A stretch of 23,878 nucleotides of DNA from assembly GCA_049964835.1 (NCBI GenBank), contig JBMFWW010000010.1, forward strand, positions 1 to 23,878. The letters run 5' to 3'. A program made the translations under genes and the position numbers. The notes below the pieces were generated by a model that saw only the letters and a list, made by a program, of their open reading frames with translations, had not been told where the DNA came from and did not search any database. The DNA is from Candidatus Micrarchaeia archaeon. Lineage in GTDB: Archaea; Micrarchaeota; Micrarchaeia; Micrarchaeales; CABMGC01. Below are positions 1 to 8,444 of this stretch, piece by piece. The number at the start of each line of letters is the position of its first letter. Within the stretch, counting starts at the first letter, position 1.

Positions 1-1
1 T

Positions 2-100
2 AAGGTACCGGAGAGGATATTCAAAGACAACATTGATATTAAGACATTTGGCCAATTAGTTGGAATAATAAAGTCGTTCGAAGAAGCAGCGAATATCTGA
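2..100 (+). CDS. 3' end of an unidentified CDS running in from the window edge (...KVPERIFKDNIDIKTFGQLVGIIKSFEEAANI*)
   Basis: Frame is open from base 2 to TGA at 98-100 with protein-like composition; too short to identify. Confidence 0.45.
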   Translation, partial: KVPERIFKDNIDIKTFGQLVGIIKSFEEAANI

Positions 101-107
101 GTGTAAG

Positions 108-238
108 GCCTTGTAGAAACCCTCTTCATGTATCACGCCAGAGAGATTGCACTGAAACTTACAGTGCTATGGCGCGGCAATACCCTTTGGGTATACAAAA
201 CATAAATTGGGAAAATGCTCTTGGTATTTCTACGGAGT
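108..238 (-). mobile_element. Putative non-autonomous IS5-family-derived MITE (131 bp)
   Basis: Imperfect terminal inverted repeats GCCTTGTAGAAAC (108-120) and ATTTCTACGGAGT (226-238). The minus strand ends GAGGGTTTCTACAAGGC, resembling archaeal IS5-family ends as I recall them. AG flanks both sides, there are several internal hairpins and no transposase. Confidence 0.5.
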
Positions 239-382
239 AGAGCGTTCTAAGCGTTGCAAAACCTTTTTACGAAAAGTATTATCAAAAAATCTGGATCTGT
301 AACCTTTTTGGAAAGATTAATTCTTCTAAGAAAATATAATGTATATAAATATTCTCTATATATGTATAGTGAAGATGTTCTG

Positions 383-2485
383 ATGAAAGGTATACTATTC
401 ACTACGGACGCGATTTTTTCTTTAATTATAGTTGCATTTGCAATTACCTTATTAACTTATTTCGAGTTCACACCAGTTTCTCCAACATTAGTATCTGGTG
501 CAAAATCGCAATCTATACTATCAACCTTTTTATCTACAAATCTAGCAACATTGGTAAATCAAAACACATTCAATAAAGAATTATTTTATAGCTCACAGGA
601 TTCTAATTGGGCACAGTATGGCTCAAATCCTTCAAGAACATACTCGCAGACAATCGGCCCTAATTACCCATTTTTACTTTATTTCTTTTATGCACCAAAC
701 GGAATAACTACGCCTATGGTTAGTGGTCTAGGCAATATCTATTTTGGTTCTGGCGAGCAGCTATACGCAATAAATAGCACTACTGGAAAGGTGTTATGGA
801 GTGATATACCATTTCAAAGCACAAATGCTCTTCTATATCCTACAGGTCTAGGGATATACTCTGGTGAGTTATATTATACTAATGGCACAGAGCTTCATGC
901 AATATCATTAAGCAATGGAAACTATTACTGGAATTACACACTTCCAAATGGGTATTTATTTACATCCCAGCCTTTAATTTACAATGGCAAAGTATACCTT
1001 GGTGCGACATCAAGTACCTCTAATGTTTTATATTCAATTAATGCGTATACGGGTTCTTTGTCTTGGAATACTCTAACACCGATTGCAATTTACGATTCCG
1101 CACTTCTTAATGGAACCTTGTTACTTACTAACTTCGCTGGCAACGTTCTTGTTGTAAATACAAACGGTACACAAATACTTCAAACGCCTCAAGACGGAGC
1201 CAATACAAACATATCTACATCTAACCAATACGCTTATTTTGGAGGGCTTTCTTCTGATTCATTATGTTTTATAAAAATATCATTATCTGAGTTTTGTACC
1301 TCTCCTTCTAATAAAATAAATTATGTATTATCAAAAAATAATAACAATACTGAGTTCACCTCTTCTGCAATTTCCGATCTTTCAAATACGGGGCAAAATC
1401 TATGGACATTCAGCGATTCTACCTTTGGTAAAATCGTTGGAAATCCAATAATAACTAATCAAAACATCTACACTCTATGGTCAAATGGCTATGTTCTTGC
1501 AACCAACATAAGTACTGGTAATATAGTGTGGTTTACACAGCTTCCAACATCTGGAGTTGGATCACAGATATTACAAAATGGCTTGCTATCTGTAGCTTCT
1601 GGAAATTATATATATACATTTGGTCCTTGTGCTTCAAACCTATCTACAAATACCGCTTATGAACTTGTTTCATTATATTCAAAGGGTTTTGGGAGCTGTG
1701 CAACATACATTGCATATAGCGAATACAATTCTCCAAATTATGGGATTCAAATTAACGGAGTTTACGGCCCATCAAATACTCTTTATGATTATACTGGCGA
1801 TTCTTATACTCAATTCAATTATCCTCTTGCTGAAGGTAGTAATATCTATATGGGGTCTGGAGGCACAGGCATCGCAATAGGAAATAATCTTCAGGATAAT
1901 AATTGGTATAATGTAGTTTTAGTAAATAATGCTTCTTTGGGAACCTACACTTCATATATAAACGGGGTAAAATCCCAAACCGGTTTTTCATCGTCTACTC
2001 AAAGCTACTCTATTTCAGAATGGGTTTATCCCTACAATACAATAAATCCATTTTATTATTTAGATGGAGTAAGTATAGGTTCAGCAAACAAATTTTTTGT
2101 AGGATGTTCATCTCTACCCTGCAGTAATGGTTTTAATGGCATAATAACAAATATTCAATTATACGCAACTACGCTATCCCAAAATAATCTTTCTCAAATA
2201 TACTCTTCCGGAATTGGTTCATATCCTGTAGCTCAAAATCTCGTTGCATGGTTACCTTTAGAAGGCGATTCAAATGATTACTCTGGATTAGGTAACACAG
2301 GTTATAATTATAATGTAAATAATATTTCAATGAATTATATCCCAACAGTAGCATCGCAATCAACCTCAATATCAGAAGAATCAACTTTGCTTACATACGG
2401 AAGTCAAGAACCATTAGCCGGGAATATAATACAAAATAGTAATAAAGGCAGGCTATACAAATTAGGCGTTTATACATGGAACTAG
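383..2485 (+). CDS. Surface protein with class III (prepilin-like) signal, PQQ-like beta-propeller and C-terminal LamG/ConA-like domain
   Basis: ATG 383 gives MKG|ILFTTDAIFSLIIVAF; the TTG start at 254 is unlikely. Propeller repeats include LYAINSTTGKVLW, LYSINAYTGSLSW and VLATNISTGNIVW. LamG motifs include FNGIITNIQLY and LVAWLPLEGDSND. Confidence 0.8.
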   Translation: MKGILFTTDAIFSLIIVAFAITLLTYFEFTPVSPTLVSGAKSQSILSTFLSTNLATLVNQNTFNKELFYSSQDSNWAQYGSNPSRTYSQTIGPNYPFLLYFFYAPNGITTPMVSGLGNIYFGSGEQLYAINSTTGKVLWSDIPFQSTNALLYPTGLGIYSGELYYTNGTELHAISLSNGNYYWNYTLPNGYLFTSQPLIYNGKVYLGATSSTSNVLYSINAYTGSLSWNTLTPIAIYDSALLNGTLLLTNFAGNVLVVNTNGTQILQTPQDGANTNISTSNQYAYFGGLSSDSLCFIKISLSEFCTSPSNKINYVLSKNNNNTEFTSSAISDLSNTGQNLWTFSDSTFGKIVGNPIITNQNIYTLWSNGYVLATNISTGNIVWFTQLPTSGVGSQILQNGLLSVASGNYIYTFGPCASNLSTNTAYELVSLYSKGFGSCATYIAYSEYNSPNYGIQINGVYGPSNTLYDYTGDSYTQFNYPLAEGSNIYMGSGGTGIAIGNNLQDNNWYNVVLVNNASLGTYTSYINGVKSQTGFSSSTQSYSISEWVYPYNTINPFYYLDGVSIGSANKFFVGCSSLPCSNGFNGIITNIQLYATTLSQNNLSQIYSSGIGSYPVAQNLVAWLPLEGDSNDYSGLGNTGYNYNVNNISMNYIPTVASQSTSISEESTLLTYGSQEPLAGNIIQNSNKGRLYKLGVYTWN

Positions 2486-5400
2486 ATAAAAAACTAATTA
2501 AAAATGGAGGGAAAAAAGCACAATTATTTACTCTAACTACGTTGGTACTTTTTACATTAATGCTTTCGGTTTTTTTTTCATTTATTTATATTGAGACACA
2601 ATACTATCAGCAACAACAAAGTATATCTATATCTTCAGGCGAGATAAACATAGCAACTTCAATAAATACAACTTCAAATATCTTCGGTGAAAAAGCAACA
2701 AAGCAAGCCCTTTCAGTACTTGCTTATTATGAGTATAATCCATCACTTAGACATGGAAATTTCATATCTAATCTCACTTTATTTATGCACTCTTTAATAT
2801 CAAATGCCATACTTCCAAATACACAAGAAGATTCCTTTTCAGCTAATTATCTTGTTCAATCTATGGGTAATCTAACATTTTATCAATACAACAAAACCCT
2901 TATTAATAATTATGCAAGTATTGGTTTAGACTCTGTGAACGAAACAAACTTTCTAGTAACACAGAGCTCTCCTTTCGTATTGCAGATAAGTTATCTTGAA
3001 AATCTTGTTTTCAATCAGACTGGCACTCCCTCTATTTACTCAATACCGGTAAATATATCAATAAATATTACAAACGAGCCTGATCTTTTTTACATTCAGC
3101 AAGGAATAATAAGAAACGTTAAAGAAGGTAATATAAATAATCTAACATCACTAATAACAAACTCCTATGCAAGTTCTGGCTCTAATTATGGAAGCTCTTA
3201 TGGAACTGTTGCTTTAGTTACTAATAATCAATGTCCTGGTTATACTTCAGAAGAAGAATCGAGTATGATCTTAGTGGCAAACCAGCTCTCAAACCTTAAC
3301 TTATGCCTTAACAACTTCGGAGGTTTAATAACTAATGAAAGTGGTTACACACCAATAGAGCCTTATCTTATATACCCTGTAAATATTATTCTTTCAAAGT
3401 ACTTCCAAAACAATACAAATGTAGAAGTATATCCAGAGCAGTTAGAAGCATTAAATATTCAAAATCTTATAACTGCGCAATCAAATAATTATTACTTTTC
3501 ATCACCATTTACGCAGTCATTCATACAAAGAAGCGAAGATAACACGACTACTTCAAATTATGGTATCTTTTCACTTTCTGGAGGTAAGAGAACAGCCGCT
3601 CTTTTTAATGGTATATCTAGTAATATTATAATTACACCTACTCCTAATCTAGAGGTCCCTGTTACTACAAACGGAATAACTGTAAATGCTTGGGTCATGC
3701 CAGGAAACTTTGAACAAAATAATGCAGGCATCATAACAACCCAAGGTGGCTGTGGCTACAATCTTATGTTTTTAACATATAACTCTATCTCTACAAACGA
3801 TGGCTGCGGTGATTCATATTCTAGCACATATTCATTTACTCCTGGGGTTTGGTATGATATAGGTTTCACAGTATCGCCAGGGTCATCTCCAACAATTTCT
3901 ATTTACCTGGATGGCAATCAGATAAGTTCCTCATCAGGAAGTTGGATCTTAGGAACTTCCTGGACAAATATGGTTATAGGAAGCAACGGTAACTCTGGAT
4001 TTTTCAATGGTTCTTTATCAAATATACAAATATACAACAATACATTATCTAGTAGTAATATGGATTTATTATATAATAGAAGTATAGAAGGTCTTCCAAT
4101 ATCAAACAACGGACTTGTTGGGTGGTTTGAGCTTAATGGCAATGCAAATGATATAAGCGGACAGGGAAGCGTTTCTACAACTACAAATATTATATATAAA
4201 AATAACATAAACGGTATGCCTTCACAAAATGTATCATACTTTAACGGTGTAAACTCATATATTTCCTTACCACAACAACTCTTTAATTATCCAACATCAG
4301 GTTCAACAACTGCATATTCATTGTCATTTGCAACGTGGTTTAAAACCTCAAGCAATGGAATAATATTGGGCCAGGAAAATCTTCAGATACCAAATACTCC
4401 TGGAGTTTGGGTCCCTTCAATATACCTGGGAACTGATAATCTCTTACATGTAAGTATGTTCTGGCATGGTGCTACATCAGATCAAATAATATCTACAAAA
4501 GAGTACAACAACAACGAATGGCATTTTCTTGTAGATACATATTCAAATGGAGTTGAAACGTTATACGTTGATGGAAACGAGATAGGTTCTCAGTCAGTTT
4601 CAGAGAATAGCTTCAGTAGCAATTACTATTATCAATTAGGCGCAGGATATGCTGGCGGTTGGCCAGACCTGCCTAGTGGTTTTTCATATTTTAATGGGGA
4701 GCTAGCCGATACACAAATATACAATACTGCGTTATCTGCGCAGCAGGTGGAACAACTCTACAAAGCAGGAATATCTAGCGCTCCAATATCTTCAAATAGT
4801 ATTGTTGCGTGGTGGCCATTGGATGGCAATGTAAACGATCCTATAAATACACAGACACAGCAGGTAGCATATCCAAGCAATGTACTGTTCTCATACTTTA
4901 GAGGATCTAATCCAGCTCAAACATTTAACAATACTTATTATAAAAAGATACCAGGTATTATGTCATGTACAAATACCTTCTCTTGCTATAATGCAAACTC
5001 TAGCGGCGTATATCTAGGTAATTCATATCTAACTGTTGGAAGCAAGATCAATCCTCCATACTTTAATTACAACTCATTCATAGCATCAAAAATTCCATTA
5101 TCTGGAAATTTCTGCGTATCATTTTGGATACTAGCTGGAGAAAGTACCTCTACTGAGCAGTATCCTGTAGTTCTTAATGCATATAATGGCATAGTAATCA
5201 CTACCTCCGGAGGAGCTTCAAATCTAGGTTTGACTGACGGTTCAAATGTTCTTTATGCAGGCTCTATAACTCCATTAACCTGGTATCATGTAACAGCAAC
5301 AAACACTGGGAATTCGTACACTATTTATTTAAACAATAATCCAGGAAATACACTTAGCATGGCTACTATGAATGTGCAAAATCTTACACTAGGTTCATTA

Positions 5401-5709
5401 CTAAATGGGCTAGATAGCTTCAACGGCTCGATAGCAAACCTTCAACTTTATTCGAACACCATAACATCAACAGAATCACAACAGCTCTACAATGAGGGCA
5501 TTTATGGCTCTCCTCTTACATCAAATGTAGTTGCATGGCTACCACTAAATGATAATTGTTACAATTATACATACAGTCAATATGACTGCTATCTTTCTCT
5601 AAATGTAGTGTACAAGCCGCTAACTGGTTATTACTACTCTCCAAATTATCCTAAACAAACACTTCAAAATGGATGGCAAAGTATAGGTTATGGTGCGCCG
5701 CCTTCATAG
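2476..5709 (+). CDS. Large surface adhesin-like protein with class III signal and three LamG/ConA-like domains
   Basis: KKA|QLFTLTTLVLF signal. Three repeats of FN..S.I / W / FNG.(L/I)..(I/T/L)Q(I/L)Y / V(A/G)W..L. Overlaps the upstream gene by 10 nt. Confidence 0.85.
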   Translation: MELDKKLIKNGGKKAQLFTLTTLVLFTLMLSVFFSFIYIETQYYQQQQSISISSGEINIATSINTTSNIFGEKATKQALSVLAYYEYNPSLRHGNFISNLTLFMHSLISNAILPNTQEDSFSANYLVQSMGNLTFYQYNKTLINNYASIGLDSVNETNFLVTQSSPFVLQISYLENLVFNQTGTPSIYSIPVNISINITNEPDLFYIQQGIIRNVKEGNINNLTSLITNSYASSGSNYGSSYGTVALVTNNQCPGYTSEEESSMILVANQLSNLNLCLNNFGGLITNESGYTPIEPYLIYPVNIILSKYFQNNTNVEVYPEQLEALNIQNLITAQSNNYYFSSPFTQSFIQRSEDNTTTSNYGIFSLSGGKRTAALFNGISSNIIITPTPNLEVPVTTNGITVNAWVMPGNFEQNNAGIITTQGGCGYNLMFLTYNSISTNDGCGDSYSSTYSFTPGVWYDIGFTVSPGSSPTISIYLDGNQISSSSGSWILGTSWTNMVIGSNGNSGFFNGSLSNIQIYNNTLSSSNMDLLYNRSIEGLPISNNGLVGWFELNGNANDISGQGSVSTTTNIIYKNNINGMPSQNVSYFNGVNSYISLPQQLFNYPTSGSTTAYSLSFATWFKTSSNGIILGQENLQIPNTPGVWVPSIYLGTDNLLHVSMFWHGATSDQIISTKEYNNNEWHFLVDTYSNGVETLYVDGNEIGSQSVSENSFSSNYYYQLGAGYAGGWPDLPSGFSYFNGELADTQIYNTALSAQQVEQLYKAGISSAPISSNSIVAWWPLDGNVNDPINTQTQQVAYPSNVLFSYFRGSNPAQTFNNTYYKKIPGIMSCTNTFSCYNANSSGVYLGNSYLTVGSKINPPYFNYNSFIASKIPLSGNFCVSFWILAGESTSTEQYPVVLNAYNGIVITTSGGASNLGLTDGSNVLYAGSITPLTWYHVTATNTGNSYTIYLNNNPGNTLSMATMNVQNLTLGSLLNGLDSFNGSIANLQLYSNTITSTESQQLYNEGIYGSPLTSNVVAWLPLNDNCYNYTYSQYDCYLSLNVVYKPLTGYYYSPNYPKQTLQNGWQSIGYGAPPS

Positions 5710-5773
5710 ATTTAGATAAATACAAAAATCACAAATGTTTTTTAATAAATAATAGTTATTCTAAAATGATAAG

Positions 5774-6649
5774 ATGCTTCCTGAATGGCTTTCAATAAAA
5801 CCTGCTTCTACTGCGCATTACTCAGAAATAAAAAACAGTATAAAAGAAAGAGGTTTGCATACTGTATGCAGCGACGCTCACTGTCCAAATGCCTCTGAAT
5901 GTTGGAGCTCCGGTACCGCAACCTTCATGCTTTTAGGTGGTCTTTGTACAAGAGCATGTAGATTCTGTGCCGTTAAAAAAAGTGCAATAGGCGAGGCCGT
6001 AAATACAAACGAACCAAAACTTCTTGCAAAAACAATAAAGGAGTGGGGATTAGATTATGTCGTATTAACATCCGTATGCAGAGATGATCTCCCTGATCAA
6101 GGTTCATCCCATTTTGCAGAGTGTGTTAAGGAAATAAAAAAAGAAAATGCAAAAACAATAATAGAAGTTCTAATACCTGATTTTACAGGAAATATTAATC
6201 ATTTAAAGACAATAACTGATTCAAAACCTGATGTGATAGGAAACAACATAGAGACGGTAAAACGTTTATCTTCTAAGATACGTGATAGAAGAGCTAACTA
6301 CAAACAGACAATAGAACTTTTAAAAAATATAAAGTCACTTTCAAAAGAAACATATACAAAATCTGCGCTAATGCTGGGCCTAGGGGAAACAGAAAAAGAA
6401 ATAATTGAAGCTTTTGATGATCTGCGCAATGTTGGAGTTGATTTTATTGCAATAGGTCAGTACTTGAGACCAACGCAATTTCACGAACCTGTTCATGAGT
6501 ATGTAACTCCTGAAAAGTTTCTAAAGCTTAAAAAAATAGCAGAAGATAAAGGATTTCTCTTTGTGGCATCAGGACCTTTGGTAAGAAGTTCTTATAAAGC
6601 CGGCGAGTTCTTCTTCAAAAATGTGATTAAAAAAGAAAATCATCTATAA
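5774..6649 (+). CDS. lipA: Lipoyl synthase (radical SAM)
   Basis: CX4CX5C (CSDAHCPNASEC), CX3CX2C (CTRACRFC), GQYLRP and C-terminal RSSY motifs. Confidence 0.97.
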   Translation: MLPEWLSIKPASTAHYSEIKNSIKERGLHTVCSDAHCPNASECWSSGTATFMLLGGLCTRACRFCAVKKSAIGEAVNTNEPKLLAKTIKEWGLDYVVLTSVCRDDLPDQGSSHFAECVKEIKKENAKTIIEVLIPDFTGNINHLKTITDSKPDVIGNNIETVKRLSSKIRDRRANYKQTIELLKNIKSLSKETYTKSALMLGLGETEKEIIEAFDDLRNVGVDFIAIGQYLRPTQFHEPVHEYVTPEKFLKLKKIAEDKGFLFVASGPLVRSSYKAGEFFFKNVIKKENHL

Positions 6650-7386
6650 AAGTTCCATTCATCACTTTTATACCTTTCAGAAAGTGTGTTTGCTTTTTCC
6701 TTTTCAATACTTGTTAGCTCTCCAAAATAACACTCTTTATCTTTTGTAAAACCTTTAATTAATGCATTATAAATCATATCTTGAGTTATGCCTTTTTTCT
6801 CATTCTCTATACATGTAACTCTATCTTCTACATTTTTTATTAATTTGTCAGATATTTTCTCTTTACTAACATTTAGCAGAGAAAACATTTTCTTTACATT
6901 TAATTTTACTAATATGGTGCCATGCTGTAAAAGTACCTTATTCTTTCTTTGTTGTGCATTACCCGATATTTTTTTATTATTCACAAGTATGTCGTTTATA
7001 GGATGAAAAGATGCGTCTATTCCCAGAATGCCCAACGCATCAATCACATATGCACAAATTTCTTTATAACTTTCAATAATGCCCTTATTGAATAAAGACT
7101 CATTTCCTATAATACTATAAGTTATCTCTCCCTCTGTATCATGATATACTGCTCCACCACCTGTTATTCTTCTAACATATTCTATTCCATTGATTTTGCA
7201 TGACTCTATATTTACTTCTTCATTCATACTTTGAAATCTTCCAATTGAAACTGCTCCTGGATTCCATTTATAAAATCTTATTGTTGGAACAGAAGAGCCA
7301 TCTAGTATGCCTTCAGAAATTGTTTCATCTATTGCCATATTCATATAACAGGAAAATGTATCTAAATTAAGAATGCGCCATTTCAT
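6640..7386 (-). CDS. lplA: Lipoate-protein ligase, catalytic subunit
   Basis: NMAIDE, VRRITGGGAVYHD, KKISGNAQ and LQHGT motifs; ends at SDEWN with no C-terminal domain. Start placed at MKWRIL (7386). Confidence 0.93.
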   Translation of the reverse strand: MKWRILNLDTFSCYMNMAIDETISEGILDGSSVPTIRFYKWNPGAVSIGRFQSMNEEVNIESCKINGIEYVRRITGGGAVYHDTEGEITYSIIGNESLFNKGIIESYKEICAYVIDALGILGIDASFHPINDILVNNKKISGNAQQRKNKVLLQHGTILVKLNVKKMFSLLNVSKEKISDKLIKNVEDRVTCIENEKKGITQDMIYNALIKGFTKDKECYFGELTSIEKEKANTLSERYKSDEWNFYR

Positions 7387-7394
7387 AAAAATAC

Positions 7395-7691
7395 CTAAAT
7401 ACATTCAAGTATTGCACCTGCAATACTTTCAGAGTCTATGCCTATCATCTTTATACTATTTTTATTAACAATCTCATTTATTTTATCTCTAATTTTATCT
7501 TTAATTTTATCCCCAATAAGATTTTTATCAAGTGATAAATTTTTTAAAGAGTTTTCTATCAAGTAAAGTCCATTATCAGGATATATAAAAAAATCACCTA
7601 TTATTTCGATGGCCTCTATTTTCTTATCAAATCTTATTTTAATATGAAAAAATTTGCCATTTTTTACCTTATACCTAATCTCTTTATACAT
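7395..7691 (-). CDS. lplB: Lipoate-protein ligase accessory (C-terminal domain) subunit
   Basis: K.K.GK...I.I.GDFFIYP...IE..L pattern of the LplA C-terminal domain; lies immediately upstream of lplA. Confidence 0.8.
   Translation of the reverse strand: MYKEIRYKVKNGKFFHIKIRFDKKIEAIEIIGDFFIYPDNGLYLIENSLKNLSLDKNLIGDKIKDKIRDKINEIVNKNSIKMIGIDSESIAGAILECI
7480..7511. repeat. 12-bp-period tandem repeat inside lplB (encodes DKIKDKIRDKI)
   Basis: ATTTTATC at 7480, 7492 and 7504. Confidence 0.7.
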
Positions 7692-7752
7692 ATTTGGTTT
7701 ATTTTTACAAATCCTTATTTATCTTTTTACTACCAATGATTACTGTGATAAA

Positions 7753-8106
7753 ATGATGCCTAATATGGATCCCAGAATGCTAAAAAGAATGATGGACAGC
7801 ATGGGTATTAAAAATACTTCTATCGATGCGGTAAGAGTAGTGATAGAGTGCGCAGATAAAGATATTGTAATAGAAAAACCAGATGTTTCTATAATTGAGG
7901 CGCAGGGCACAAAAACCTTTCAAATTAGTAATGGAGAGATATCCGAAAAAGACAAGTCAAAAATAGAAATAACAGATGATGACATAACTCTTGTTAAAGA
8001 ACAAACTGGAGTAACTGACAAAGAAAAGATAATCGCAGCTATTGAGTCTGCAAAGGGCGACATAGCGCAGGCAATACTTTCACTTAAAGAGAATACTGAG
8101 AAATGA
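7753..8106 (+). CDS. nac: Archaeal nascent polypeptide-associated complex protein
   Basis: MMPNMDPRMLKRMMDSMGI N-terminus and UBA-like C-terminus (DDITLVKEQTGV...GDIAQAIL). Start moved to ATG 7753. Confidence 0.93.
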   Translation: MMPNMDPRMLKRMMDSMGIKNTSIDAVRVVIECADKDIVIEKPDVSIIEAQGTKTFQISNGEISEKDKSKIEITDDDITLVKEQTGVTDKEKIIAAIESAKGDIAQAILSLKENTEK

Positions 8107-8122
8107 CAATTAGAAGTTAAAA

Positions 8123-8440
8123 TTAGTGTATTATCTTGTAAATGTGTATTGTTGGCACATTTTCTATTTTTTTAATCTCATTTCCGGTAGCTAAGCCTGC
8201 CTTTATTATTACTGTTACAGACTCATTTCCAACTATATTGCCAGAGTAAATATTAACTTCATTTAAAAGTTTTAATGCATCAACCGCATTTATTTCTTCG
8301 CCTTTATAAAAAGCAGCATACTTTTCTAAATCTATTACTACACCGCTTTTTTTATCTCTAAATATTTTACCTAAAAGATCCTTATCACACATAGCAATAA
8401 TGTCTCCGTGTTCGCTCCTATGTTTTTTAAAATAAAGCAT
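8123..8440 (-). CDS. DUF424 family protein
   Basis: IIAMCDKDLLGK, FYKGE, N.VG..SV and I.NVP motifs. Confidence 0.85.
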   Translation of the reverse strand: MLYFKKHRSEHGDIIAMCDKDLLGKIFRDKKSGVVIDLEKYAAFYKGEEINAVDALKLLNEVNIYSGNIVGNESVTVIIKAGLATGNEIKKIENVPTIHIYKIIH

Positions 8441-8444
8441 ACTT

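Noticed and set aside
101..250. Group I intron, RNase P RNA or rRNA fragment
   Set aside because: Hairpins are present but I could not find the conserved core motifs; terminal inverted repeats explain the segment better.
240..276. AGCGTT direct repeat and GCGTTGCAAAACC as a second IS end
   Set aside because: No partner repeat is visible in the window and it is too short to support.
254..382. 43-codon N-terminal extension of the first large ORF
   Set aside because: TTG start through an AT-rich promoter-like tract; the signal peptide begins at ATG 383.
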